Positions 53,559 through 64,000 of a stretch of DNA of 64,000 nt are shown piece after piece; within the stretch, counting starts at the first letter, position 1, and every line of letters begins with the position of its first letter. Source of the DNA: Klebsormidium nitens (taxonomy: Eukaryota; Plantae; Klebsormidiophyceae). Under the pieces are notes generated by a model, which saw nothing but the letters and a program-made list of their open reading frames with translations, had not been told where the DNA came from and ran no database searches. The stretch covers positions 124,001 to 188,000 of the forward strand of contig DF237016.1 in the NCBI GenBank assembly GCA_000708835.1. The letters are read 5' to 3'. The position numbers and the translations under genes were made by a program.

Positions 53559-53660
53559 GTCAAGTGGGCGTGCATGTGCACACACAAGCTACCTATGGTG
53601 GGTCCCGGCCGAGTCGACTTCGACTCGAACCGCGACGAAAATGTGGGACCCGGTATCAAA

Positions 53661-54265
53661 NNNNNNNNNNNNNNNNNNNNNNNNNNNNNNNNNNNNNNNN
53701 NNNNNNNNNNNNNNNNNNNNNNNNNNNNNNNNNNNNNNNNNNNNNNNNNNNNNNNNNNNNNNNNNNNNNNNNNNNNNNNNNNNNNNNNNNNNNNNNNNNN
53801 NNNNNNNNNNNNNNNNNNNNNNNNNNNNNNNNNNNNNNNNNNNNNNNNNNNNNNNNNNNNNNNNNNNNNNNNNNNNNNNNNNNNNNNNNNNNNNNNNNNN
53901 NNNNNNNNNNNNNNNNNNNNNNNNNNNNNNNNNNNNNNNNNNNNNNNNNNNNNNNNNNNNNNNNNNNNNNNNNNNNNNNNNNNNNNNNNNNNNNNNNNNN
54001 NNNNNNNNNNNNNNNNNNNNNNNNNNNNNNNNNNNNNNNNNNNNNNNNNNNNNNNNNNNNNNNNNNNNNNNNNNNNNNNNNNNNNNNNNNNNNNNNNNNN
54101 NNNNNNNNNNNNNNNNNNNNNNNNNNNNNNNNNNNNNNNNNNNNNNNNNNNNNNNNNNNNNNNNNNNNNNNNNNNNNNNNNNNNNNNNNNNNNNNNNNNN
54201 NNNNNNNNNNNNNNNNNNNNNNNNNNNNNNNNNNNNNNNNNNNNNNNNNNNNNNNNNNNNNNNNN
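53661..54265. other. Assembly gap (run of N, about 605 nt)
   Basis: Continuous N characters; the end coordinate is accurate to about 1 nt. Confidence 0.98.
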
Positions 54266-54766
54266 CACGTGCCCGGGGACGCATATACGTGCACATATAT
54301 GATATACGGTGGCGGCGTAAGCAAGCACATGAGCCATATGTATGAGAGATAATTAAGATGGCGCGTACGTACTACCGGGTCGGTACTGCCGAACATGTTC
54401 CGTGCATGTAAGTTGCCATCAGCAACATTGAGAACATCATTGAGCCGGTGGGTAATGAAGTTCTGGCCGTTGATTGAATCATCAAGATGAAATTCGAACT
54501 TTTGTACATACGATTCATTTAACATGAGATTCTGCATGTTGCCTTCCAACGACGTGGTGACAAACGGATCACACCTACTCAATGTCGGACTATAACACAT
54601 GATGGTTTGCACCTGGATGCAGTTGGTATTCAGATAGTGCAGCTTTGGACTTAAGGGAAGAGGCGGAAGGGCGAATGAAAATCTAGCACCGAAAGAATGA
54701 ATAAAAGCTTGCCAATCGAAGCAGGCGCGCGCGTGCAAAGCTAGAATCAATATCATTACCTGCTAA

Positions 54767-56095
54767 CTAACCTCCGACGCCAGGATCTTGCAACTCAATA
54801 TTACTGGTTGGAGGTGTCCGTCTCTGCAGGTAAGCTCCTGACATGTCGATCGACACTTTGCCTGCCGGCCCCGGATAGCCGCTTGGCGCCGGGCTTTCGG
54901 GCCCATTTGACGCATCTGGTACCCCGCTCGGCGTAACCTCTTGAAGGTCCCCACGAAACAACGAGATCAACAGCACACCGACAACAAGAAAGCACGCCCC
55001 CAGTATCCTTTCCCACCTCAGCTTCCTCTTCTCGAAACCAACTATTCCATAGTAATCAAGCAAAATAGACGTAATGAGCTGGCTCGTGACAAAGATGGAA
55101 GTGAGGACTCCAGCGCCCAAGATCTGCGCAAAGAAGATAGTGCACACAACATAGAAAGCGCCGAGGAGGCCCCCCAGCCAACCCCACCAAGGCACCGCTG
55201 CAAGGGAGATGGCACATTGTGAGTATTCAAAATGACAAGCATACCGCCTGCGTCCACAACAAGAGGCCGGCCATCTTACTCCATGGGGACAGAGTACAGA
55301 GTATGCGCAGGACAAGTACAAGGCACCATCGGTTTGAATGCACAACCGTCAGTATGTAAGGAAGAACCGAGATTTTGCGCTTGAAAAGGAAAAGCTTCAA
55401 GTATAGTGCTTTTTCCCACATTAAGGTACACTTAGATACTGCACCCAGCCTTCTCTCCAGCTGAAGTTGGACTCTGAACTTCACAACCTGTTCCCCACCC
55501 TGCCTTTTGGGGAGCGAAGAGGAGTACCCATGAAATGCTTGAAGGCAGCATGGAGCCACCAGAAGCCTTTTGTTTGAAACCAAGATCTACTGCGGCATGC
55601 TTCTGCGTCTCCAAAACTCTGGTTGATGACATTACATCCTCATTGAGTCAGATTTGAGTCATTGTGACCGTACTTGCTCCAGCCACAGTCAAAACGCTTT
55701 CCTTGGTATCAGCGTTGAAGCCCGGACGATCGTTGCCGGTCTTTGAGCTATGAATCACAGTCTCTTGCGGCGCTTATGATGGCTGGGTGGTGCGCACAAA
55801 GCTGATTGATTAGCAAAGACTATGATACTGGAAGCAAATATTGATTCCACAATTTGCAAACCAAGCGCTCACCTTTTATCCTCCCTGCTGTGGGGCCTTT
55901 TGCCCCAATCGCGTATGTGTCAATGACAAAGAAGATGAGCAGCGCCACCAACCCCACTGTGAACGACACCACACTGGCAAACGACTTGCCAGAGACTCTG
56001 CCCAAAGAAGAATTCACACCAGTCTGGAAGCTCAGGGCAATGCCAGAGAGCACCACCAGGACGCACCCCACTGCAACCAAAGCGCCGGAAGCCAT
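54767..56095 (-). CDS. DMT-superfamily transporter, YdcZ/DUF606 family; 2 exons, about 217 aa
   Basis: Exons (minus): 56095-55873 and 55197-54767 (phase 1). Hydrophobic helices with the family pattern LSGIALSFQTGVNSSLG..ASVVSFTVG..PWWGWLGGLLGAFYVV..LGAGVLTSIFVTSQLITSILLDYYGIVG..RILGACFLVVGVLLI, followed by a polar tail. Confidence 0.88.
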
Positions 56096-58030
56096 CTCCG
56101 ACCAACTGCGCTTGAAGGCTACTTTACTGAACGGATCTATAGCAGAGCTCAAGGTTGTCGCAGCGCAAGTGGCAACCTAATGCAGCATTGTGGCAAAGCC
56201 CCCCCCTTATAACTACCAGATGAGTCGCCCAATGATCTACTGCAGCAGATTGATCTTCTTCACAGTCTCAGAGGCATACGGTGTCCGCTACAAATCAGAC
56301 AAAGGGCTGTCAGAGGTGCCTTTGCCATTGGTGCCATGGAGGTGCAAGCACCTATGCTCATCTAGTAGGCACTGCTGCGTCCGCTTTCTGGGTGCCATGG
56401 AGCTTGAATGTTGGAGTGGGCCGCATGCAGGCTCCGAGTCCTGGTGCATTGCCAATGGTTCCGCTCGAGATGGCATGCTACACCCTGGCCGGTACGTACC
56501 GCACGTAAACTTCAGCACCTATACCTACTCTGTGGGTAGTAACCGGTACCGGTACCTGGCACCTGGAGTAATCATTGCGGCCCGCAGGTGTCAGCAACCT
56601 GCGGCCGCGGCCAGTCCTGCGCGCGTGGCAGGGCGGTTCAAGTTGAGATGCTATTCATACGGGCCGACGGTCAATTGTGCACTCGTGCAACGCAAATCTG
56701 GACATTGGCCGGAGAGGTTAATCATCACAAATCAGAGCACCTGTGTAATTGTAATCTGCAGGGTTTATAACAAGAAGTGACCATTGTAACTTGCAGGGTC
56801 TTGATAGTGTAATGCCTGGCCATTGAAGATAGGTACGCTGGAGATATGATTGGCGCGAGGATCAGGTTTAGCATAAAACGTATTAGGCGTCTGCATGAAG
56901 GACGAGCTTCTGTGGCTCATATGCTTGTCCTTGTATACGCCAATGAATTCATGAGTCATGTGCATGTGCTAATTTTGACTCATTATTACGCATGTGTCAT
57001 GATGAATCATGAGTTATGCTGCCATTTAGAGTATTGCAAAAAGGTGCACGCTGGATTGAGCCAGAATGGAGAAAAGAAAGTCAGGAGTCATAAGCACTGC
57101 CGACTTTTCGAGACGGCTCTTTTAACCATAGAAGCGATTCCACGCAACCTTTCTAAGACGAACGGTGGCTGGACTTTTGAAACTATTTGCACTATTATTT
57201 TCATTGTCGATCTACAATTTTGCAGCAATACTCTGATCAAAATTGTACGCACTTCCTGAGATGCCTTACATACGCACTTTTATGCAGACACAGATTCTAC
57301 TCTACTCTAATAGCCGCTTATCTGTCGAAGCCGCGATTTAATTCAAGCATTGGACCCGCCAATATAGCCGTCCCTAGCCCTATACAATATCCGGTCTACT
57401 AAGCTACATGGACATACCTAAGCTCTTACGTTTATTCGACGGAGATCGATGAATACTGAACCGTCAGCTGCGTGCGTACTACTTCCCTACTTGTTCTCGA
57501 ATTTGTCTCCTACTCTTAAAAGCGACTGTCTCCGCGAAAGCTTCCGAATCTACTTCTCGTTCAATCCCGGCTGCACTGTGACGCCATTCAAAGTGTTGGC
57601 TTCTCACTTTGTGTACATACAGGGTGGCCTGCAACTTCAGTCTGCGGAAGAAGAAGAAAATGCCTTGCACTTCGCTATTCTCGAGCTTCAGGCGCCTCTA
57701 GGCTGCCAGCGTTGTCTACAATGCTATCAACAATCGAGGCACAAGCGAGCATCCACAGGCAACGGCTTGGAACGCAATCCGTACGTGACAGCAACAGGTC
57801 TGGATGAAGGCGAACAAAAACACCAGCCTACAGAATCGAGAAAGGCGGATGTACCCGTTCCGGCACTCCGAGCCGTTGGATAAAGATTGAACGCTGTTTC
57901 GAGCGACAGCGCCTCGATTCCTACAGTCAATTTACTGCTCTAATTCCGCTTAAGAACCGGACTTAGTGTTTGATGAAAATTTTGCGAAAGAATGTGCTTA
58001 ACGTGGTGCACCGGGGTCTGAAGGGATCCC

Positions 58031-61000
58031 TCACCACGGCTTGAACATCCTCGCGGATGGCCACGGCTTGAGCGCGGCTACCTCCATCACGAGCTGCTTC
58101 ACCCGCCGCTCCGCCTCCTCGCGCTTGCGCTTCTCTGTCAGGAACGCCCTGCAGAACGAAAGTACCCTGCGTTACCTCTAAGTCTTTGGATCCAAAACAA
58201 GATCGGAAGTTAGGGACTAGTGGAACAGCTACGCAGAAGCAGTCTCGAGGCTGACCGAAAGCAAGGCCTCCGGAATCATTTCAATCAAAGCTTCAGTAAG
58301 CCAGCGAGTCCGTAAGTCAGTGAGCCAGCGAGAATCGATCCTGGCGATCCGCTGGTGCAAAAGCGACCGATTCTGAGACATTGGACTTTCGCCGTTTCGT
58401 GTCACCCACAACTTTTCAAGAAACATACCTAGCCGTCAACTTCTGTGAGAATTTTTTCGTAACCGGACTTGTGCGCCGCTGCCCGCTGAGAACACGGGAC
58501 GCTTTACTGGCAAAGTTTTGCCAAGGAGCAGTTCGAACACCTTTGTCTAACGTTGGTCAGGATTGCCCGCTCGTCGTCTTTCCTCACCGCACCGCCTGCA
58601 TATCTCACCTCTCTAGTTGCTCGGCCTGCCCGGCAATGTGCCCCAGCTCCCAGTCCCGCAGCTCGTTGATCTCTTTCAGCAGCGTCACCTGTTGCCGCAG
58701 CTCCGCGATCAACGCCTCCTGTTGTGCCACGTGTCTTACCAGGGACGGCGCAGACCCTTGCGGCGTACAGGCGCCACGTGTCAAGGCCTGACTTGCCGGG
58801 CTGTTCAGAGATTCGGACGACTGGCGGCTTGCGGTCTCGGCGGGGTCGCCGATACTTGTGGGCGTCTGCGGCAAATCCCCGACAAACGTGGGCGAGTCGG
58901 GCTCAGAGACGGGGAAGAGGGGGGCTTCTTCTTTTCTGCCGGCCAGACGTGACTTTCGCCTACGATCACGAAACCCGTCCTTTGCAACCAAACTCGAATG
59001 GAAGGGCTGCGTTTGCACGGAACCAGCTGCTGATTTTGCGCTGCTTTGTCGAATTGAGGGACTGGCGGATTGAACCGGTTGCTGGACCCCAAACCCCGGT
59101 TGCACATCCCCTCCAGCCGTGCTTGCCCCTTCTCTGCGTGGGGAATCGCCCTCCGATTCCCCGACATCTGTCAGGCGGCCTCCGTAGAAAAGTCCCGTAA
59201 CTGCCGGGCGCTTTGGGGACGCTTTCTCGTCCAAATACTCGTTCGTATCAGGGAGCGAGAAGAGGTCCAGATCCTGGGAGATCGTCCGAGGAGTGTCCCG
59301 AAGGGCCGGCCTGCTGACGTCAGCTCCCAAAGCTTCGTCGGCCGCTTCGGATAGGGAGCGGCTGCTGGCTGACGAGGCTGACGAAGCGGGTTCGACGGGC
59401 GCCGTTTTGAAAGAATCGGCGCTGGTCGCCCTCCGCAGAGACTCCTCGGCGTCGAAGTGCCTGAATAACGAGCACGATAACTGGGGTCAATTTTGCTGAC
59501 ATCCACCCTTGAGGTGCTGGTGAAATTGACCGGTTGCAGCTTGGACTTTGTTGGTCGTTTTTCGCTGACTGCTCACAATGCGTGAGCGATTCAAATCCTG
59601 CCACGTGTCGAATCGGCTCCCGTCATCAGGGGGTCAAGAATGTTCCACACCTGCAACTTTACCCTTTACATCGGAGCTTGAAATTGACAACAGACCTGGT
59701 GAGAGCTATGTAAGAAGTACTGTTAACCCTAATCAAAGCGTTCACCCCGTTTCTCTGGAGCAGAATCGAGCAGAATTGGCAAACGCTCAAGCCGTTTCCT
59801 GAAGGAAGGCCTCAGATCCTCAATTTCGAGGAAATTTGTCAAAGGTCCACGCAACGTCAACGAGTGACTTGTCCGCACCGAGAGACCTCAAGATTGCCGA
59901 TGCTCCGGTCTGTCAGGAGCTTGACACGCTGCTCCGGTCGGTTTAAGAGCTTGGCAAGCCGCCTGAAGGTCAACCAACTCACTGAAAAGAGAGTGCTCCA
60001 GCGTCAGATGCTGGCACGACCGCCTCCGCCGGAACTATCTCCGACGGAATGTCCTGGGACTCTCGCCTCTCCTTGCCAGCTGTCGGGCTTTCTTTGTTTC
60101 CGAAGCGAGGCCCGCCCAGTTGGATCATCGCCACTTTGGCATGGAATGTCGAGCGCTGCTTCTCATCAACGAGGATGACATGGCACGAGGCGGCCTGGCA
60201 AATCCGGGCTGTCAGACCGGGCTTCTTTCGTGGCCTGTGAAAAAGGAAGAGAGGCATTTAATAAAACTCTGCGATCTTTACGAGGACCTTCCGAAGTTTG
60301 TTCAGGACGCGTCGTATCAACCGCGCTATTTCTATGGAGTGTACAGAGGTTTGTCAAAGCAAGTGGACGTGCAGCCTAGGCTCGCTTTTTAGGGCTCGTC
60401 TTTTTGGACTTAAGCGAAACGCTGATCTACGAAAAGATTCGTTTCACCGTCATTCGAGAACAGCGCCTTGACACTCCTTCACTGGCACAGATTGGCACCT
60501 GACATAAATTTCTGCTTGGCAAGGGACAAAGACGGTTTTTGGTCGGTCCAACAGAGTCTCTCGAGCTGCTGCCGATAAATCCACGAGAACCAAAATAAAT
60601 TCAAGTCAGAATCCACTGCGGGAACGCACCGCAGGCTGAACTTGGCGGGTTGGCTGGTGCCCATGACGAGATGCGTGATGCCGTTCTGCTCCACCTTGCG
60701 CAGCAGCTCCGCCTCCCGCTGGTCGCACCGGCCAACCTCGACTTTCGCAAACACCTGAAAGAGAACCAAAGCGTTCATCGGTACACTCAACGTACTCCCC
60801 AACTCAGACAAGAGTAGGCACAGGGCGAGCTCGGTTCAACTACCCCTGGCATCGAAGCTCAGGGATTGGAAACCATCATGAGGGTGAGAGCCTGCGCAGA
60901 TTGGTTAGAGAGACTGGGACGCTGAAGGGAAGGTCAAGAGAGGACTTGTCCAGCGCTAACTACAGAACCGAAAAGAAAAAGCAAAGCATTCGGGCAACCA

Positions 61001-62253
61001 GATTCGAAAGGTGCTACAGTAGGACGTCGATGCTTGTGCAAGATGTGACAAGTCTCAAGGGACTTCCGGGACAAGGGGCATCGCCTAAGCCTCGATTGTG
61101 GCACGGGTAAAAACAAGTTTATGCAAAGGCAGTGTTATGTGAGCTCTTGGGAATCACGCGTGTCTTATTGGTTGGAGGTCCCCTACTAACTTCTTCTGGA
61201 AAAATTAGTTTATTTGGGGGAGATACAAGTTGAAACCATTTCATTTAACCAAGGCATAAGCAAATCCAGTATCCTATAATACTGACAAGCACGTTACGAT
61301 ACTGTAAGGCTGGAAAAATCCAAAGGCCCCTAGGAGGGGTTTGACGTACTTTTTGTAACGGAGTACGTATCCTAATCTACAGAGTGCCGCTTGCAATTAG
61401 ACATGGACTATGTTTCAAAGCCCTTGCGTATTTCCTGCTGCAAATAAAGCAGGTTTTGATCGAACAGCTCTTGCCCCGACTAGGAGACCCAGGGTATCTA
61501 GCACGAGACCAAACCCCACTTTGCTTTAAGGCCCACCTTTTTGCTTATACAAAAACGCTGGCAGCTGCGCAGCAGAGACGTCGCATTATGGACTGCCACC
61601 GCGTTGTGTGCTCTCTGCATCTCTGGCGCCACCTTCAGATAGGGAACCATGCCCGCTGCACAAAGTTGAATAACCAAGAGCTTTTAGAGACGCCCGTGTC
61701 TGCTTTTCAAGAAGTCGGTGCGGATGGGCTCCAACTCCAGTGACGATGTATTTTCTCGACACGAGTAATGATTGAATATCAACTTGATCAAGTGGTAGAC
61801 CAGACAGTCAGCATTTGGAACAGATCTGCGGCAGCCAGTTTTCAAGTGCCTATCGTGGTTGATAGCCTTTCATGATTCTTCCATGGGTGGTGTGCAAGAT
61901 TCTGACAACATACCATGTAGGGAGTATGTCCAACCTAGCTGTTCGCAGCAGCTAGCATGACTGCCACTCATCATGCTTTTGACCACAGCATTGACTTGAC
62001 AGCTGTTTCAACAAGTTGGATACAACTAAGAAACGCCTTCGATGGATCCCTTACTTGTTACTGGGATCAGCTTTGGGGTCTTGACCAAGTGGTAGAGCAG
62101 CACTTGGTCCCCTTCGCGGATGAGGTTCTCAGTGGCCCATTCTAGAGCCGCTCTGCTCTCAGGCGAATCGTTAACAGCAATCAACACTCTGTACCTGTAC
62201 AACGGCGACTGCGGCTGTCTTTCCGTCCCATGCCCTGTCCCGCTCTCCCCCAT
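58031..62253 (-). CDS. USP-like (STK_N-type adenine-nucleotide alpha-hydrolase fold) domain protein with a long disordered linker and C-terminal coiled coil; 6 exons, about 554 aa
   Basis: Exons (minus): 62253-62055, 61655-61537, 60754-60630, 60234-59983, 59460-58609, 58148-58031; phases 1,0,2,2,2 consistent. N-terminal RVLIAVNDSPESRAALEWATENL..VLLYHLVK..IPVTTGMVP..CISKKVFAKVEV..VEQNGITHLVMGTSQ..ICQAASCHVILV is a USP pattern. C-terminal QQEALIAELRQQVTLLKE..EKRKREEAERRVKQL is coiled-coil-like. Confidence 0.8.
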
Positions 62254-64000
62254 TGTTCAAAAGTTTGAAACAGGCTGTGGCTACTTTGTTCAACACTGCA
62301 GCTTCCTCGTAGTACCAGAAATGTGGGTTTGTTCCAGCAAGGTTGGTGTTGACTACAGCTGGTCAGATGCCGCCTGCTTTCAAACTGCCTTGCCCTTGTG
62401 CATGTGTTGCGTGATCTGACATGCCACCAGTCTTCTCTTCTGAGATCACCACTGCTACGACGAAGCAGATATTTACATGGCCTCTATTTTCTGGCCACTA
62501 GGGTACTGCAGAAGCTCTTCTTCTACATTCAATGGCTTTCTTCAACAGCATCCCGACGTAGACAGCTGGCGCTTCAAGAGGACCGAAATGGATCTCTCCT
62601 CATCCCAACTCATGCGCCGAGCTGGAGCTGCCCTCTACTGCACTCCGCAGGATGCGATGGTGGTGTCGACGTGACAGCGCCCCTCGATGGCGTTCGCAAC
62701 TAATGCGCAAGCAACGCGTGCAAACGAAAGGCGCCGGCGACTTGCAGAGAACTTCTCCAGAAGCACCCACCCTGTCTTCCGCTGCTACATTGGATTCTAA
62801 TGCAATGTGGCAATGAATGGAGCTCAACTTCTGCCACTGGCTCAATTCTAGAGATCCTGCAGCATTCCTGATCTATCACCACCTGCAAAGCTGCTGGTCA
62901 GGGGATATCATACGGGCTCCGACTGCAATGACATTGACAGCCGCCATACCGCCCAAATCATGCAGAGATTACCTACCTACGAGGATCAGAAACGAGGCCG
63001 ATGACTGCGGATCCCATCCGACCGCTCATTTGATGATTGAGTGCATGTCGGCTGCTTTTCACCTAGCAAGAAGCAGCCGAATGACACATGCTTTTGCCAG
63101 ACGTCGGCGCTACCGGTAGACTTGGCTGCAGCCTCATCACTGCTAGATAACGCCAGCCTTTGCTTATGATATCCCTAGATTTGCGGGCTAGTACGTCACA
63201 AGAAGCAGGCGAAAGCACGCCAGGTGTCGTTACTGCATTCAACGAAGAGATTTTCGACTTTGGGCCGAGCTTCCTGTTCCTCTTGAAGCATCTGCACCGT
63301 TCACAGAAATGCATCGACGGGACAGAATCCATGATCATGCTTTGCGCGCGTGCAACCACCGTAAGAATCGCCGGAGTGACGAGTCTGCCTGGCATGGCCC
63401 ATGAACCTGGAGTCTGGCATGACGAGTGCGTGTCTCCGTGCATGGCGTACCTAATAGGTACCTACCTACCTACCTTCTGAACTCATCAAAGCACATTGAA
63501 GTCGGATGCCAGCCGGCCCCAGCTAGGTGTAGGTACGCCGGTACGGTAATCTAATATGAAATCATGCATGACACATCGGATTTCTTGCTCCTCTTGTATG
63601 TTGTCACGTAGACATGTACCTAGGTATGCTTGAAGCGTAGACATGCTGTACACAGGTCTACGGTGTACTGGCGTGTAGCCGCACCAGGTGAAACAGAGTA
63701 CATCAGTACCTTGGTTGTTAAGAATGCAATATTGAGGGAACTTTGCAACTTGAAGTTCAGTAGTATTCAGGGCCCTGCAAATGCTGCGTTAGCATTGTCA
63801 AAAAGGACGCTTGAAGATCAGTGTGGCATATAATCCACATAGGTACCTAGGTAGATTGCTGATTTATTAATGACTCCATCAGTTTGTCATTTGACTGACT
63901 TGAATGCGACATGTGACAGCAGTATCGTATGTCAGCACACTCGTCTGCCATGAGTATCGAGAAGCCGCTTGGCACGGAACACTGAGGTATTCAAAGAAAA

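Noticed and set aside
53534-54352. ORFs of 235-267 aa spanning the N-run
   Set aside because: Artefacts of translating Ns.
29111-56095. Idea that the M13, MBL hydrolase and YdcZ genes form a horizontally acquired cluster or operon-like system
   Set aside because: They are interspersed with core eukaryotic genes (ArfGAP), have independent orientations and their own introns, and show no functional link.
1-64000. tRNA, rRNA, snRNA, snoRNA, CRISPR arrays, telomeric repeats, transposase or RT ORFs
   Set aside because: None recognised by eye. Isolated TGATGA/CTGA boxes lack terminal stems or guide evidence. A covariance-model scan (Infernal/tRNAscan-SE) would be needed to exclude small RNAs.

Overview
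Eukaryotic, intron-rich genomic DNA with GT-AG introns, GC-rich coding exons and one assembly gap (about 53661-54265). The gene set and style fit a streptophyte green alga such as Klebsormidium (inference). I built 11 spliced gene models by hand, and in each the exon phases add up to an intact reading frame: RBM39-like splicing factor (-), plant NT-C2-domain protein (+), BABAM1/MERIT40 (-), PNRC/Edc1-motif protein (+), BSU1/BSL-type Ser/Thr phosphatase apparently without Kelch repeats (-), M13 (neprilysin/PepO) metallopeptidase (-), a low-complexity hypothetical protein (+), ArfGAP1/AGD6-7-like (-), PhnP-like metallo-beta-lactamase-fold hydrolase (+), YdcZ/DUF606 DMT transporter (-), and a USP/STK_N-domain coiled-coil protein (-). 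A clean 220-bp hAT-type MITE (12-bp TIRs, 8-bp TSD) lies at 39188-39407. The best leads are: (1) a possible papain-fold Cys-His-Asp peptidase/deubiquitinase domain in the NT-C2 protein; (2) the Kelch-less BSL phosphatase; (3) two bacterial-type genes (cytosolic M13 peptidase, YdcZ) that carry spliceosomal introns; (4) a repeated layout in which head-to-head gene pairs or single genes are separated by roughly 0.7-1.7 kb islands rich in CATG/TGCA/GTAC/TATA words. I saw no tRNA, rRNA or CRISPR array. All homology calls are from motif recognition, not database searches.
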